From Paragordius varius (lineage: Eukaryota; Animalia; Nematomorpha), in assembly GCA_964247055.1 (NCBI GenBank), contig OZ176060.1:1674001-1738000 (forward strand): a stretch of 64,000 nucleotides of DNA, read 5' to 3'. Numbering within the stretch: position 1 is the stretch's first letter; every line of letters starts with the position of its first letter. Below the pieces are notes generated by a model. It made no database searches. It was not told the origin of the DNA and was given only the letters and a program-made list of their open reading frames with translations. Shown here in pieces: positions 50,144 through 64,000 of this stretch. The position numbers were made by a program, and so were the translations under genes.

Positions 50144-50787
50144 TATAACATAAATTACATATAAAAAGCAATACAATATTTTTTAAAATTTTTAATTGCT
50201 AGATGTGGGCTCTGAAAGTTCCAAATTTTTTGGCTTTTTTAAAATGGACTGTTCTTATAAAGATAACGCAAAAATTCCGACATTGTGCAATTATTTTAAA
50301 TATATGCTAAGTTTTATTGACTAATATTTTAAAAAATGCATACTTTCAAAATTAAATTTTTAGCAAAATTTTGTTGAAGCGTACTTCATACTATTTTCAG
50401 CATGATGGAAACGAAACGGTTGAGATGTTATACCATTTATATTATTATTCGATAATATTATACATTTTTTGACTTGATTTAAATATTTGTTCGTTTTCAA
50501 ATTTATGTTAAATAAAAATTATGTTTTTTTACAAATATTCACCAGAATTTGCAAGCAAGCAAACTTTAAATTAAAATTCCAACATATAGTAACGTTCAAC
50601 ATCAATCATTTAGAAAAAGGGTTTTATTATACCTTAAAGCGGTATACCGTTTCCATCATGCTTCGAAATAGTTTGAAGTACACCCCAACAAAATATCCCA
50701 AATTTGTATATGAAAAAAAAATCAGAAAACTAATAAAATTAAAGTTTAGGAAAAAAATAAAGAAATATCATACCTCCCACCTAATAG

Positions 50788-51070
50788 GTGTGTGTGTTGT
50801 TATAGTCGAGGTCGACTTTTTGCAATATAATATAACTTCTCCATAAATTGCGGTTTTTAGTTCTAATGTTGTGTTCTGCCAAGTTTGCGTCGGTTTCTTG
50901 TGGAATATTGTCAATCTACCTTATCTTTCTTCAGCCCCTTTTACGTGTACCACTAACTTTACCCAATATCAGGGATTTTGCCGTGAATTAGATCTCATTT
51001 GAATAAAGTAGAATAGCTTGATGCGGATGGACATTCCAAACAATGACATGTCGGGGTTGATTTTATACAA
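50788..51070 (-). mobile_element. RTE LINE 3' fragment, same family as 9578-9953
   Basis: KSLILGKVSGTRKRG*RKIR*IDNI...LWRSYI followed by an (AAC)/(AC)n tail. Confidence 0.8.
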
Positions 51071-51643
51071 AATTGCTAGTAAATTTTGAAATCATGTGCC
51101 ATACATAATAAATTTTAAATAATATGTTACGGGAATACAATTTTCTATATAATTTTCCGTTTAATAATTATAACAAAAAATGAACTTTCTAAACTTTATC
51201 AAACATTTATGAAAATATCATAAACTATTTTGTTAATTTAAATGAGGCACCTCTTTTCTCGGAAGCCCTAGGCGAAAGAGCTATTAGCCTGAATCCTACG
51301 GTGTGGAGTCCCAATAAATCCTAAGTTTTATGCATAATTCGATTAGAAAATAAAATATTAACCAATTAAAAATAGACCACTCTTGGTTTTTTATCGCAAA
51401 ATGAACATTTCTTTACAAGTTATGGGGTTATTTTTACAGAGTGTGAAATAAATAATTTTTTTGAATAAACGGCATTATCATATATTTATGAAAAATTATT
51501 TTTTTTATTTCAAAAAGCAGTATAAAAGTGGGTGCAGTAGAGGCGCAGTTTATTTCTAAAAATCCATTACTGTACTGCGAACAACAGCCTATCTGGTCGC
51601 ATTACCCTTACGAGCGATATAAAAAGTTATGTACAGTTGTGTG

Positions 51644-53320
51644 CAGTGGCGTACCGAGCGTTTGCGGCGTCCGGGGCATAAAATTCTTATGGCGCCCCCT
51701 CCCCCTTTCTCTTTTCAAAAGCCAACAAAAAAATTTAGTTAAAAAATATAAACGTCCTTAAATGTTTCATTAAAATCTTGCAATATGTTGAACCCTATCG
51801 ATTCTTATAAGTGATGCCTCTCTTCTTGTTTCATTAATATTTAAAGTATTTTTATTTAAATCTTCTGCTCTCTCAAATAATCTATTGCCTCAACAATAGC
51901 ATTAAGTGCGTGAATTATAGCACTCCATCGGGCTTCAGACTCACGCTTAACAGTTTTTTTAGTTTATTTTTTAAATAAGTCCCATCTAATAGTTGAACAA
52001 AAAAGATAAATATTTTCAATTATTTCGAAACAGGTGCGCTATATCTGGCCTTTGAATCAAATATCCATAATATTAAATTTTTTTATGTCATTGATCAATT
52101 TAGCTTTATTTAAAGCTAAAAGATGTATAAACTCGTTTTGGATTTTGGATGAAACATTTGATAAAGTGGTGGGAGATTCAATGTTTCTCATGCGTTCTCC
52201 CATTATTGGGTCAAACTGAGCTACAAGTTTTAGTAAAGATAAGACACAGGATTTGGTGCTGACTAATCTAGATACATTAAAATTGCAACATGTCCTCGAA
52301 AAAGGAGTTTTTGGATGATTAATTTCATGCAGGCCGATTTTCGATGTAATAAGATTGATCAAAAAGTAGGCATCAATATAGTCAGAACTGTCTTTGGTGA
52401 ATATAAAAATTAAGACCTCTCAAAACTTCAATCCTTCTTTTTTACCGACACGTCAAAAAATCCAAGATTGATGCGTTAAATTATTTTTTGTTTCAAAGAG
52501 ATGGTATTTATTTTGATATACTTGAGATCCACTATTAATCATTTCTGTGCGAAGCTGATTAGATATTACAGGGGGAACATTATGATTAGAAAAGGCGACA
52601 TTAGTAAACTCTATAGGTATAGCGCTTGGAATTATTAATGGTATATATTTGTAGTTTTCTCATCTCTATATATTGGATTAATAACTAGGGTTTCAGGTGT
52701 ATTAAAGTTGTTATTAAGGGGTGCCGTTATGTTTAAATCGCATACACTTTTTCAATGTTAGGGTCAGATATTTTCGTTAATAAGATTTCATACTCATTCG
52801 CATTTTATACGTTTTATCTCTTCCTGGATTTTTCGTTTCCTATTTGCATAACCGCTGAGTTTAGGCATTGATATATGAAGAAAATGAATAATTCTAAAAA
52901 AACACGGCTATATTAATAACAAAAACCTACCTTGTTAGAGATGGAATGATCTTGCGGATTTAAACAAATAAAATTGGATTTTGAAATTGAATTTGTATAA
53001 ATTATTAATGCAATTATAAATTATAAGAATAAGAGATAAGGTTTTAAACAGAGAGGGAAGTTTAAATATTAACAATATGTGTGATAAAGAAACGTTTTTT
53101 AAGCAAAAAAATAGGTTTGCACATGTTAAAGGGAATAATGAAAGTTGTTTTTTGCAAAATGTTGGATCTTGATCTCGTTTATATAATTTTTATATTATTT
53201 TAAAGATTACATAAGTTGCTGAAACTTACTTAGAAGTTGTTATTATTTTTTCATAATTTAAATTGAATTTAAAAAATCATTTCTACATGATGCACCCCCT
53301 TGCCCCCCCCTCCCCGGCAG
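51644..53320 (-). mobile_element. Decayed hAT element (ZMYM1-like transposase)
   Basis: Terminus CAGTGGCGTACC; G-rich subterminal run at about 53290-53320; minus-strand LLKLVAQFDP...SKIQNEFI and VKRESEARWSA. Confidence 0.75.
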
Positions 53321-53329
53321 GTTTTGGGT

Positions 53330-54460
53330 GATTGATATCAGAAAATGGAAAAATTTGAGCACATTTTTTTATAATAAAATCTTTGGTGAAAGCTTTATGC
53401 TTCATTCCGAAAAAACTAAAATTTATCTGTAAATGATAACAAAGGTATATAAAACTTCAAAGATATTTATTGGGTTTTTACTATATATATATATACTATA
53501 TTTAAGTAAACATAATTTGCATGATAACAATAAAATTTCGAGTTATAATACAAAAATATAAAAATAAGACAATGCAAACCATATAGCACACATACAAAAT
53601 ATATATTTAAAATTTGCATATGTAACAATATCATTTTAGATGTGGGCACAAAATGTCTAATTTTTGCTCTTTTAAAGTGAGCTATTTGAAATAAACAAAC
53701 CGGGATTGCGCAATAAATTATAAAATAAATTTTAATTTTGACAACAAAAAAATATTTTTAACAATGCATAATTTTTATAAAAATTTAATTTTTAGCGATA
53801 TTTTGAGCGTTAGGCATTTATAAAAACACTTTTTCAATAATTCTGAACATTTTTATGGCTTCTAATTTATTTAAAGATTCGTTTGTTCAAATATAATTAA
53901 TTGTTTTTTTAGAAAAATAAATTTTTAAAGTTTATCAATTTTTAATTCAAAATTCTGAGCAATAGGTTCATCATCATAAAATTATATAGGAAAAATGTTT
54001 AATAATCTATTTCATACCGTTTCCATCATGCCTAAAAATAATGTGTTACGCTTCAACAAAATTTTGCTAAAAAATATTTGTAAAAAGTATGCCTTTTTTT
54101 AGAAAAATATATTCTTATGTCAATTAACATATTAAAAATTTTAGCGCCGGCACTTTTGTGTTTATTTAAAAAGAGCTAGCGGTTTTAGAAGAGCAAAAAT
54201 AATGAGACTTTTGGACCCCACATCCAAAAATTAAAATATTATAAAAATATTGTTTTGTTTAATAGGTAATTTATAATATTTTAAGGGCTGTTGTAAGGAA
54301 GCATTTAGCTTTCACTAAAAATATTTTATGATAAAAAATGTGCTAAAATTTTGTAATTTTTTGATATGGAGCAACTACTATAAAATTGTGAATATCTACT
54401 TATATAAGTAAAAACCAAAATTTAAAGAACCGTGGTTATCCTGATACATTTTAACAGAAT
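53330..54460. mobile_element. Repeat family A, most complete copy (long imperfect inverted arms)
   Basis: ATATCAGAAAATGG...GAAAGCTTTATGCTTC on the left mirrors GAAGCATTTAGCTTTCAC...TTTTTTGATAT on the right. Confidence 0.7.
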
Positions 54461-55309
54461 TTATAAATTTCACAAGTTATTTTTTTGTGGTTAAATATAA
54501 ATTTAATTTTTAAAATTACAATTTGAAAGCAATCGAATTTTAAATTATAATCCGAAGCAATAGGAATGTCATCATCAAATTGTATAGAAAAGGTGTTTTT
54601 ATAATATTAAAGCCTTATCAAACCGTTCACGATTCAATAATTAAGTGCTACCAAATTTTGCCTCAAAAAATTTTGAAAAATGTATGTTTTTAAAAATAAT
54701 ATTTTTTGATAAAATTTAGCATATATAAAATTTTTTATCGCACGATCTTGGCCTTTTGCGTTAAAGTAAACTCCAGTTTAGAAGAGCGCAAAAGTTTAGA
54801 CTTTTGAAGCTGACATCTAAAAATGAGAATTTATAGTATTATGCTTCTTATATGTAGTTTATGATACATTTTTCAGGCATAAACACATTTTTCAAGACAC
54901 GCAACATTTTTACAGGCAAAGACAACATTTTTCCGCGCTAACGCAACATTTTTTCGTCTATACATTTCTCATCCAATAAAAAAACAAGGATATACGGTAC
55001 TTATGAAAAAATGTTGGTATTAAAAGTTAGTATAGAGTATTTTAATGATTCATTAATAAAATTAGAATCAAAATTAAAATATTGATTGACCAAATTAATG
55101 CTCAAGGACCAATCAAGGATTCTCTTGAAGTGCAAATTGTATGTATTTATTAGAGGTGAAATAAAAGTTGTAAATAATATAAATAAATAAAACATACATT
55201 CAATTAAAATTATATAAATATTTATTAAATTGTCATAAATTGAATAAAATTAAATTTTAAAAAATTTTTGCTTTTAAAAAAATTTTGTCTTTGCAAGAAA
55301 AAATATTGT

Positions 55310-56110
55310 TTTTGCCTGAAAAATGGTAAATATTTTAAATTTTGAAATGAAGCATTTAGCATTCACAAAAAAAAATATTTAATAAAATTTGCCCAAATTT
55401 TGCCATTTTTTGATACAAACCACTTCACACAAAATCAATAAATATCTTAAAATAATTTAAGGGCCAAAACCAAAAGCATCATATATTTTGATATATTTTT
55501 CTATTATATTATTTTTAGGCCCCGACTTTGTACAATGTATATGTTCAAATTTGTTATATTATCGCATTTATGCCTTTATAATAAGATAATACAATCATAC
55601 AAAAAAATAATTTGATGTAATAATATATCTGATAGGAAAATGTATCATGATTTATGGTAATTTTTTTGGATTTAAGAAAGTTATTTACGCTTTTGTGGTT
55701 ACTCCATATCAGAAAATGGCAAATTTTGAGCGCATATTTAAATAATGGTCTAAGCTAAAAGCTTCATCCCAAAAAATCACTAAAATATATCATAAATTAC
55801 TTATAAAAAGCAAAAGAATATTTTTAAAAACATTTACATTTTAGATGTAAGCTCCGAAAGTACCAAATTTTTAGCTCTTCTAAAAAGGGCAACTTCTCGT
55901 AAAATAAATGCAAAAATGCCGGGAATACGCAATAAAATTTTAAATATATGCTAAGTTTTTTAACTAAAAATATATTTTAAAAAATGCATGCCTTTTTCAA
56001 AATTAAGTTTTAGGAAAATTTGTTGAAGCGTTCATACTATATTGAGGCATGATGAAAACGGTTCAAAAACTCTTTAAGATATTATATAAATACACTTTTT
56101 CTATATTTCA
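55310..56110. mobile_element. Repeat family A copy (provides the empty site for the Helitron)
   Basis: ATCACTAAAATATATCATAAATTAC at about 55777-55800 equals the joined Helitron flanks. Confidence 0.7.
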
Positions 56111-57049
56111 ATAATAGGTCTCAGAATTTTGATTACAATATACGTTCGTCTACAATACTGTGTACATTTTTTTTTAAACTTAATAGACAAAAAAAATTTT
56201 ATGACTATATAAAATAAATTTTTATTATTTAATAGCTTTTACTAATAAAATCTTAACATTCTTTTTTCAGTAAAAAAACTTATGTATCAAAATAAAACTA
56301 AAAAAAAATATTATTTTTAATGTTTTCATTTGTTATCTAGTTTATGAGTGAATCAAAAATTTAATGTTTTTATTTGGAATCTTACATGAACGGGAATTAG
56401 AATGTGTATAGATTTATGGAAAATGGGATTTAAAAGTAGTGGAATATCAAACAACAAACCGTATAAATCCTTGTATCAGGTTTGTTTAAACAAATTAATA
56501 TTTTTACTGGGATTTTTACAGGTGTTTGGTGGATATTCCATTAGTAAATCCTATTTTGTATTAGGTTAGCTAAATAATAAAAAAAATTATTTTAATAAAA
56601 AAAATTTTGTCTTTAATAGAAAAACGCGATTTTTTGATTTGAATTTTTATAAAAACTTTAATATGATTTTAGACTATTTATAAATTGTAAATATCTGCTA
56701 AAATGATAATAAAGCATAATCTCTCAAGTTATATAACTATTTTTATGATTATCTTTAATTTTCCTTAATTTTACTTTTTGCCCAATTATATTCTCTCAAT
56801 ATTTCAAAAACTAGGTCATCAAATATAATTTTTGCGGCAAATGAATCTGTTCATAAGCTATCCACGAAAAAAATTTTTGTTACGTAAAGCGATCAGAAAA
56901 TCAATAGAAAAATGGGTGAAGAAAAGGGCAAAGAATAAATAAAAGCTATAGCTTCCCAATTTTACATATATGGGTTAAACATGATAATATATTAAAACCT
57001 AAACAACTGCAATACGGTTAGCCGTTAATAGTATAACCTACGATGAAGA

Positions 57050-58620
57050 GATTATCAAAACCACATGATATAATCACTTCTCCAATATTTTTAACAAACC
57101 AAAATACCCACAAGCCCTCGCCTATTATATCCTTCATTTCAACCCTCAAATGATGAAATAGAATTTCGTTAAAAAAATCTTAATAAATGCCCAGGTCTAA
57201 ATCACAAATTAAGTATTTAAAACTCAAGATCACAATTTATTTGTGGATTATTTTAAAAAATTTTGCGAACAGGATAGCTGTTAAAAATATTATACCCAAT
57301 GCTTTGCTAAATAGCTATACAATCCCAATTTATAAGGAAAAAGGGGACCTTTTATTTTCAACTTTCGTCCCATACGCATCTTAGACGGTTTTAAAATTTT
57401 TGAAATCTGATAGCCAACAGAATCGGTCGACACTGCAGCATAGATTCTATGCAATTTGGATTTTCAAAAAACAAGGGTACTATAGATGCAATATTTATAA
57501 TCCGCCAATTACAAAAGGCTCACCTGAGAAATCTTTCTCTCCACTATGCGTTTGTAGACATGGAACAGGCTTTCGACTCAGTCCCGCAACACCTGATTGC
57601 TCGGTCGCTCACTATATACGAACACCTCAACTGTAATCCGTACAAAGCGTTGGCGATACGAACCCCATCCCACTTGAAAACGGCCTACAGCAAGGCTCTA
57701 TACTGAGCCCCCTTTTATTCATCCTAATTATGAAGGAGATCACAAAAGACATTCGAGAAGGTTTACCTTTTAAACTTTTGTACGCTGATGACTTAAAATT
57801 ATGTGCCACATCAGCAAAGGAATTAATGAAAAAATTAAATTTATGGAAGGATACCCTAAGTAAATTCGGTCTGAAAGTTAATACATCGAAAACCAAACTA
57901 ATGTGTGATGAAAACGACAATAAAATGGCCCAGCTGTGTGTGCTCATTGAATGTAACGTCAAATTCAATAAAGTGTCAAAAATGTTCAAACAAAAACTTT
58001 ATCTGGTTCTTGTCCAATACAATAAACACAATAATCATAGCATCTCCGCGCCCCGGGTCCTCCATTTTATTCTAATTCGCAGACAAATTTACATACCTTG
58101 GTGATACATTAGATGTAATGTCATAGAATCGGCCTTATCGCATAAAACCTAAGATGACTCGAAAAAGTGTCATATGCGTACACTAGTTAATATAAAATAC
58201 GTTTTAGGCAGTTCAAAGGCAAAAATTTTTATTGCCGCTATACGTCCTGCTATACTATATGGTACGGAAACATGGCCTATAACTAAATCTACTATCACTT
58301 CAAAAGCGTGAGCAGAAAATCCTAACGTCATCCTTTTCGTATATAAACACCTACAATTTTGAATCCAAATTTTGCCCCTATTAATCTCCAAAAATTAAAC
58401 CAATTAGTACAGCTATCCGTGAATACCGTTTACGTTTGGCTGGTCACATCCACAGAACCCAAAAATTGGAAAAGGCTTGTGCAAACATAATCAACTAATA
58501 ATATAAACAAAAAAGGTAGATCTGATAAAATTTGGCAATCCACTATTCAACAAGACCTAGATTTTCTTAATATCAAAATCGAAGCAGTAGATAGAAAGAA
58601 ATGGAAAACAATACCATGCT
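57050..58620 (+). pseudogene. Decayed RTE-type LINE RT, relative of the 41-45 kb element
   Basis: TIPIYKEKGD, QFGFSKNKGTIDAIFIIRQLQ, AFVDMEQAFDSVP, QGSILSPLLF, LLYADDL, FTYLGD, ILYGTETW, spread across frames. Confidence 0.88.
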
Positions 58621-58739
58621 TCCTCCTTTGGAAGGAGAAAATAGCGTATAAAACTAATCTATTAGAAATTTTTAGCATTATTGAATTATAAAGAAAAAGT
58701 GTTTCTATACTATTTAAAAGAGTTTTAGTCTCCATCTAG

Positions 58740-59260
58740 CCTAAAAAATGATGAAATACGCTCAAAAATTTTGCTAAAAATTACATTTTAAAAAAATTAC
58801 GCATTATTTTAAAAATAGTGGCTGTTTTCAGAATTTATCATTTTCTTTGTATTTTTATTAGGTCAGCTATTTTGCTTTTATTTTAAAAGAATAGTCTATT
58901 TTAGAGGAGTTAAAAAATTTGGAATTCTCGAAGTTAATATTTAGCAATTTAAATTTTCTAAAAATGTTTTGCTTATAAATAGTTGATATTATAGTGATAT
59001 TATTTAAAATGAAGCTAGCTTTCATCACAAAAATTATTTAAAAATGTGCTCAAATTTTGCAATACTTACATGGAGGACCTACTACAAAAGTATGTATAAC
59101 TTTCATATATGACTCGTAAGGGAAAACAACCACCATGATAACCTGATACATTTCTCTATCAGAATATATATATTGGTTATTTTTTATACCCCGCAATTTA
59201 GGACGAAGTTCAAAAAGCCGATATAAAGACCAAATTCTAATTTTGACCACATCCAAAAAT
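58740..59260. mobile_element. Repeat family A copy
   Basis: Shared motifs. Confidence 0.6.
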
Positions 59261-59789
59261 TAAAAAAATTTTTGCTTATATTTTTAAATATATTATATTT
59301 GTATTTCAATGATATCTTTGTAATCAGGCATTTGGCCTTCACGATATTCTTTGCTAATTTTATTATTTTTGGATATGAAACTTTAGAAAAAAAATGTCAA
59401 AAATTAAAAACATAAATCTTGGTACATAACTATTAGAATATATATTAATAAACTGTCCATGTTTGTTGAAATATAATTAATTTCAAAATGCCAAAACATC
59501 CATATTTATAGGTTAGCAAACATTTAGGTCATTATTGGCTCATGTGACGATTAAGAGATATATGCATTTGGAACATAAAATCTGTTATCTTTAAAATTCC
59601 CTAAACTATTATATTATAAACAAATTAAACTACAAGAAAAATCAAACCCATCTTGATAACAAATTAAAACTTTTGTTATAATTTTTAAAAAATGATCATT
59701 CTTACTTGTTTGAATAAAATATAGTAAAATCTATTTTTTCCTTTTTTATTAAAGGGTAAGGACTTAAATTTGTATCCGTAACACACGTT

Positions 59790-59890
59790 TGCCGAGGGCT
59801 GACAGTGATATGATGAATGCGTAATTTCGGGGTTCGAACTCTGGCTGTCACGCTGTGTAGGAAACCTTCGCCCTACCTAACTTCTGTTAT
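59790..59890. other. Possible tRNA-related SINE fragment
   Basis: B-box-like GGTTCGAACTC within a GC-richer island flanked by complementary GCTGACAG/CTGTCACGC. No valid cloverleaf. Confidence 0.25.
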
Positions 59891-61355
59891 CCCGCCTCTA
59901 TTATTACTTTTATTCAATTTAACCAAATTTAAAGATAGTAAATTTAATCATTTTTATAACATCATCCAAATTATAACCAAAAAATCAAAAAGATGTATTG
60001 CGATCATTTAAATATAAATTACAATGGGTTCATTGCGTAATAAATATCAATATTATTTTTTCTATTATTTATAGCTAGTTTGGGCCCAACAAAAGTGTCA
60101 TATTGAATGAAAGCAAATGATCGGACTTTTTTTAAACGAACAATGTGTCCATAGCTTTTGAACAAATCTATGTTGCTTTCGAGAGCGTTGCCTATATTTT
60201 TAATATAAATAGTCTAAATTATATATAATAGTTACAGTCATGTAGGGATTGTTTATAATTTTATCCAATGAATTTTTAGCACTTTGAAAATCAAAAAACT
60301 CTAATAAAATCGTGTCAGATGACAATATTTCTACATTAATCAAACCATCTAATATGGTATCAATTTTTTTTTGATAATTATACAAAATAATTTTGTTAGG
60401 TTTAGCATAATCAATATGTGGCCTGTAGTTATAGTTGATAATCTAAAATAAAGTAAAGTTATACCGTATTAAAAGCTTTGAGAGCATGTTCAAGATTTTC
60501 AAATAAAATAAGCGCTTTATTATTGTAAAATCTCATTTCTACAATGTTTTTTACACTTTCAGCCAATTCAAAAAAGTTTTTACCACTGAAATCGAATGAA
60601 ATCTATCATATTATAATCAATTACTTGATAGGGTATAGCCATAAGGTTCTATTTAATAGTTTGACATATGTAAAATTTATGTAAAATTGTTTACATGCAC
60701 ACAAAAATATATATCCTGAGGAGTTATTATATGTTAAAAAACTACAGAATTTTCGTTGATTTTGGAATAATTAAAAAGTTAAAAAGGTTACATAACTGTC
60801 GATGTTTCATCACTAATTATTCGTTTATACGAGGGGAGTCCAAATAAATTGGCTGACGAGCGACATTTTCGGTTAAAAAATCCAGGGGACTGCATACGCA
60901 AAATAGATGGGAAACGGAAATATTTTATTCTTTAAGACTGTAAAAACTACAATTTATTTTAACATTTTTGCTAATCATTTCGAAAATTTGCAGAGAAATA
61001 TTGAAAAAGTTTGTTCAACAAATTTTACAAAGATTATGTTAAATTTTGTAATTGTCCCCTGTTATACAATGCATGAAAGCGAAGAAAATTTTAGTAATAT
61101 CTATCTATTGATAAAAATGAAAGGTGGGAGCTTTGAAACAAGGTTGGGGAAAACAAATAAGCTCATTCCGATACCAAACAAAAATTATTTAATGGTTTCT
61201 ATGGGCCACTGACTAAGCCCTTTTTAAATTAGGCCTGTTTTGCTAAATACAAGTTGTTGAAAAAGTAAAAATCCTCAATATTTTAAATTCAACAGACGCT
61301 CCCAAAAAAAGTGTGGGCCCAGTCAGTTTTATTTGTGTACTTTTCAAAATGTTTA

Positions 61356-62589
61356 AACACTTCGATTCAATTTGGGGTATCTAAATACCCCAGACTGAAT
61401 TTAATTTGTAATTTTTAAAAAACTACTGAAGAAAACGGTTTAATTTAAATTTATGCTTCTATCCTAAAATAAATTATATAAATATACCAAAATATCTAAA
61501 TAAAATTTTGTTTTGAAAAAAAAGTACCATGTCAAACTACTTTGCTGCCATTTTTATTTTACAAAATTTTTGCAAAATATCGTATTGCATTGATTTTAAG
61601 GGTAAAAAGCTTATATTTTATTCAAATTACATCTAACATTGATATAAATAGAAAAAGCGTTTTATTTTGTATTATTTTTTAATTTTACCATTGCACACAT
61701 GTCACGTTGACAGAATTTTTAACTTTCGGTTTTAGCTTAAAATAAGTAATATCAAGTATTTTTGAATAAAATTTTTTATATATTTCGGTTTTATTATGTT
61801 ATATTAGTGCAAAAATTTGCCATTTTTTCAATTCCTTTTATATTTTTAAAAAATTTAGTTTCAAACAGGCCTGGGGTGTTTAACTACCCCAATTTGAATC
61901 GAAGGACTAAAATGAATGTGTTGTATCCAGATGTTAAAAGCGCCGTGTGAGACTAATCTTTTTTAATTAATCCATCAGTTTGCCCCACACTTAAGCTAAA
62001 CAGGGGTTTAACAGTTGGATACAACACACACATTTTAGTCCTTCGATTCAAATTGGGGTAGTTGGATACCCCAGGCCTGTTCAAAATTAAATTCTTCAAA
62101 CAATATGGAAGGAACGAAAACCATGTAAAAATTTTGCACTTATAAAACATTAATAAACCGAAATATATAAAAAAATTTATTCAAAAATACTTGATGTTAC
62201 TTATTTTAGGCTAAAACCGAAATATGAAAATTTCGTCAACGTGACATGTGTGAATTGATAGAATTAAAAAGTAATACAAAATAAAGCGTTTTTCTATTTA
62301 TATCAATGTTAGATGTAATTTAAATAAAAAATTACTTTTTAATTTTACCCTTAAAATAAAATGAAGACGATATTTGCAAAAATTTTGTATAATAAAAATG
62401 GCGTCGAAGTAATTTAACATAAAACTTTTTTTCCAAAACAAAATTTTATTAAGATATTTTGGCATATTTATATAATTTTTATTAGGATAGAAGCATAAAT
62501 TTAAATTGGGACCGTTTCCTTCAGTTGTTTTTTAAAAATATTAATTTAAGTTTCGTCTGGGGTATTTAGCCAATTTGAATCGAAGTGTT
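61356..62589. mobile_element. Family B element: about 1.23-kb imperfect palindrome (two ~580-bp arms, ~60-bp spacer)
   Basis: AACACTTCGATTCAA ... TTGAATCGAAGTGTT termini; the arms are reverse-complementary along their length. Confidence 0.85.
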
Positions 62590-63105
62590 AATTGGTTTGG
62601 TCCACGATAACTAAAAATGTGTGGGCATAAATAAAGATTATTTCTAATTGTTTTACAATTGGGGGAAAGGGATAAGCGTTTTTTAAACAAATATTTTTGA
62701 ACACGTGCCGAAAAACGTGTAGGCGCCGTAAGTTTTGATAGTGTACTTTTTATAATGTTTTACAAATGGACAACTCAATCTTAATTTTCATTCTTCGCAA
62801 TTCCACCCGTTTAAAAAGAAGTTTTCTATATAACTGATTTTAAGACTTTTTCCAGCAGAACATATCAGACCTTAACAGTAAGATTAATCAGCTCTTCGAT
62901 TCGAATTGAGGTATCTTAATACCCCAGACAATATTTAAGTTGATATTTATAAAAACAGCACCCCAAGCCTATTTAAAATTAATACTTCAAATATATGGAA
63001 AGAATTTAAACCATGGCAAAAGCTTGCACTTATATATTAATGAACCTAAATACAAAAATTTCATTAAATAATACTTGATATAACTTATTTGGTAAAAACC
63101 ATAGG

Positions 63106-64000
63106 TAAAGTGATCAGATTTTTTGAAGGAAAAAGCGGGACAAATCTGAGAAAGGGGGGCATGGAGTGTCCAACCAAAAATTTTTATACAAAAAATTTAT
63201 TGTAATATTTATTTATTTTTAACTCAAATACATTATAAATATATATAAATATTTTATTTCATGGTATATTTTTTTATTTGAGGGAATGCGTTTTAGCAGA
63301 TTGTCATCCTTTTTTAAAATATAAGTCTTCACAAGAATTTGTCAAATTATATTTGACAGATAAAATGGCCTTTAAAGTTTCGACATGTAAATTTGATTTT
63401 TCCGATGACCACACCTGATTTACTGTGGAACAACGCGCTCAGTAGCAGAGTTGGTCTTAGTAAAGATAGTGCCATTTTCCACAATTTTTAAAATATTTTA
63501 TGGAACATAGTTTGTTTCAAAATGATGAAATATTTCTAACAATTTTTTTTCTACTTTATTTTTTGTAGTCCATAATTTAAGTTAGTCATTATTAATATAT
63601 TTTTTAACTCTTCAGAAAAAGGATCATTTTCTAAAAGATTACTTTTTAGGAATTTTTAAGAGATGCAGATGTAATCAAATGATTTTTGAACATCGCACCA
63701 ATAAAATTCTGGTTTTAATGTTATCCAATGATCATTGGATTGCACCGTTCAGTCTTCCAAATAATCTTTACAGTTTGTTTAAAACATTTTTATATGGTAC
63801 AGGATATCTTGGCGGTTTATTAAGCCTTGTTTTTCTAAATTATTTATAATATTGCGGATGCTTAATGGTATAAAATTATTTTCTAATATTTATTGACATT
63901 GGAATTATAGGTTACCAACTTGATGGGCTACTTAGATTGCCGAAATTTTGTCACCTTCTACCAATTCAATAATATTTTGAAAGAGAGAAGATTGATTATG
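63106..64000 (-). mobile_element. Second hAT-Blackjack copy: 3' end plus C-terminal transposase, running off the window
   Basis: TAAAGTGATCAGATTTTTTGAAGGAAAAAGCGGGACAAATC matches 38331-38470; minus-strand TNSATERV and NQVWSSEKSNLHVETLKAILSVKYN (hAT dimerisation region). Confidence 0.85.

Noticed and set aside
59790-59890. tRNA gene
   Set aside because: A B-box-like sequence is present, but the T-stem, D-arm and anticodon arm do not form.
60828-60850. Mariner element (TACGAGGGGAGTCCAAATAAA)
   Set aside because: Resembles one TIR only; no partner TIR or transposase found.

Overview
This is an AT-rich (roughly 70-75% by eye) metazoan nuclear window, dense in repeats. It contains no prokaryotic genes, CRISPR, rRNA or bona fide tRNA. 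The main host feature, only partly visible in the ORF track, is a spliced minus-strand gene or gene pair running from about 31 kb to 4.3 kb. It encodes four tandem cuticlin-type ZP-N domains. Each domain is split over two exons at the same positions (phase-1 acceptor 4 codons before Cys1; phase-0 donor just after Cys3), and short linker or micro-exons join them. No ZP-C domain, furin site or C-terminal TM segment is visible. A 597-bp, nearly identical inverted duplication brackets most of these exons. The rest is transposon-derived: (1) a near full-length RTE-type LINE with APE, RT and an in-RT PHD finger, carrying an HDV-like ribozyme core at its 5' end and inserted into a hAT transposase; (2) a hAT-Blackjack element with a perfect 8-bp TSD that contains an inverted, deleted copy of its own transposase (hairpin); (3) two decayed ZMYM1-like hATs; (4) a complete non-autonomous Helitron with a paralogous empty site; (5) foldback elements built from phased 21-bp palindromic repeats; (6) several MITE-like families and (TA)n tracts. 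All calls come from manual reading and translation; no database searches were run.
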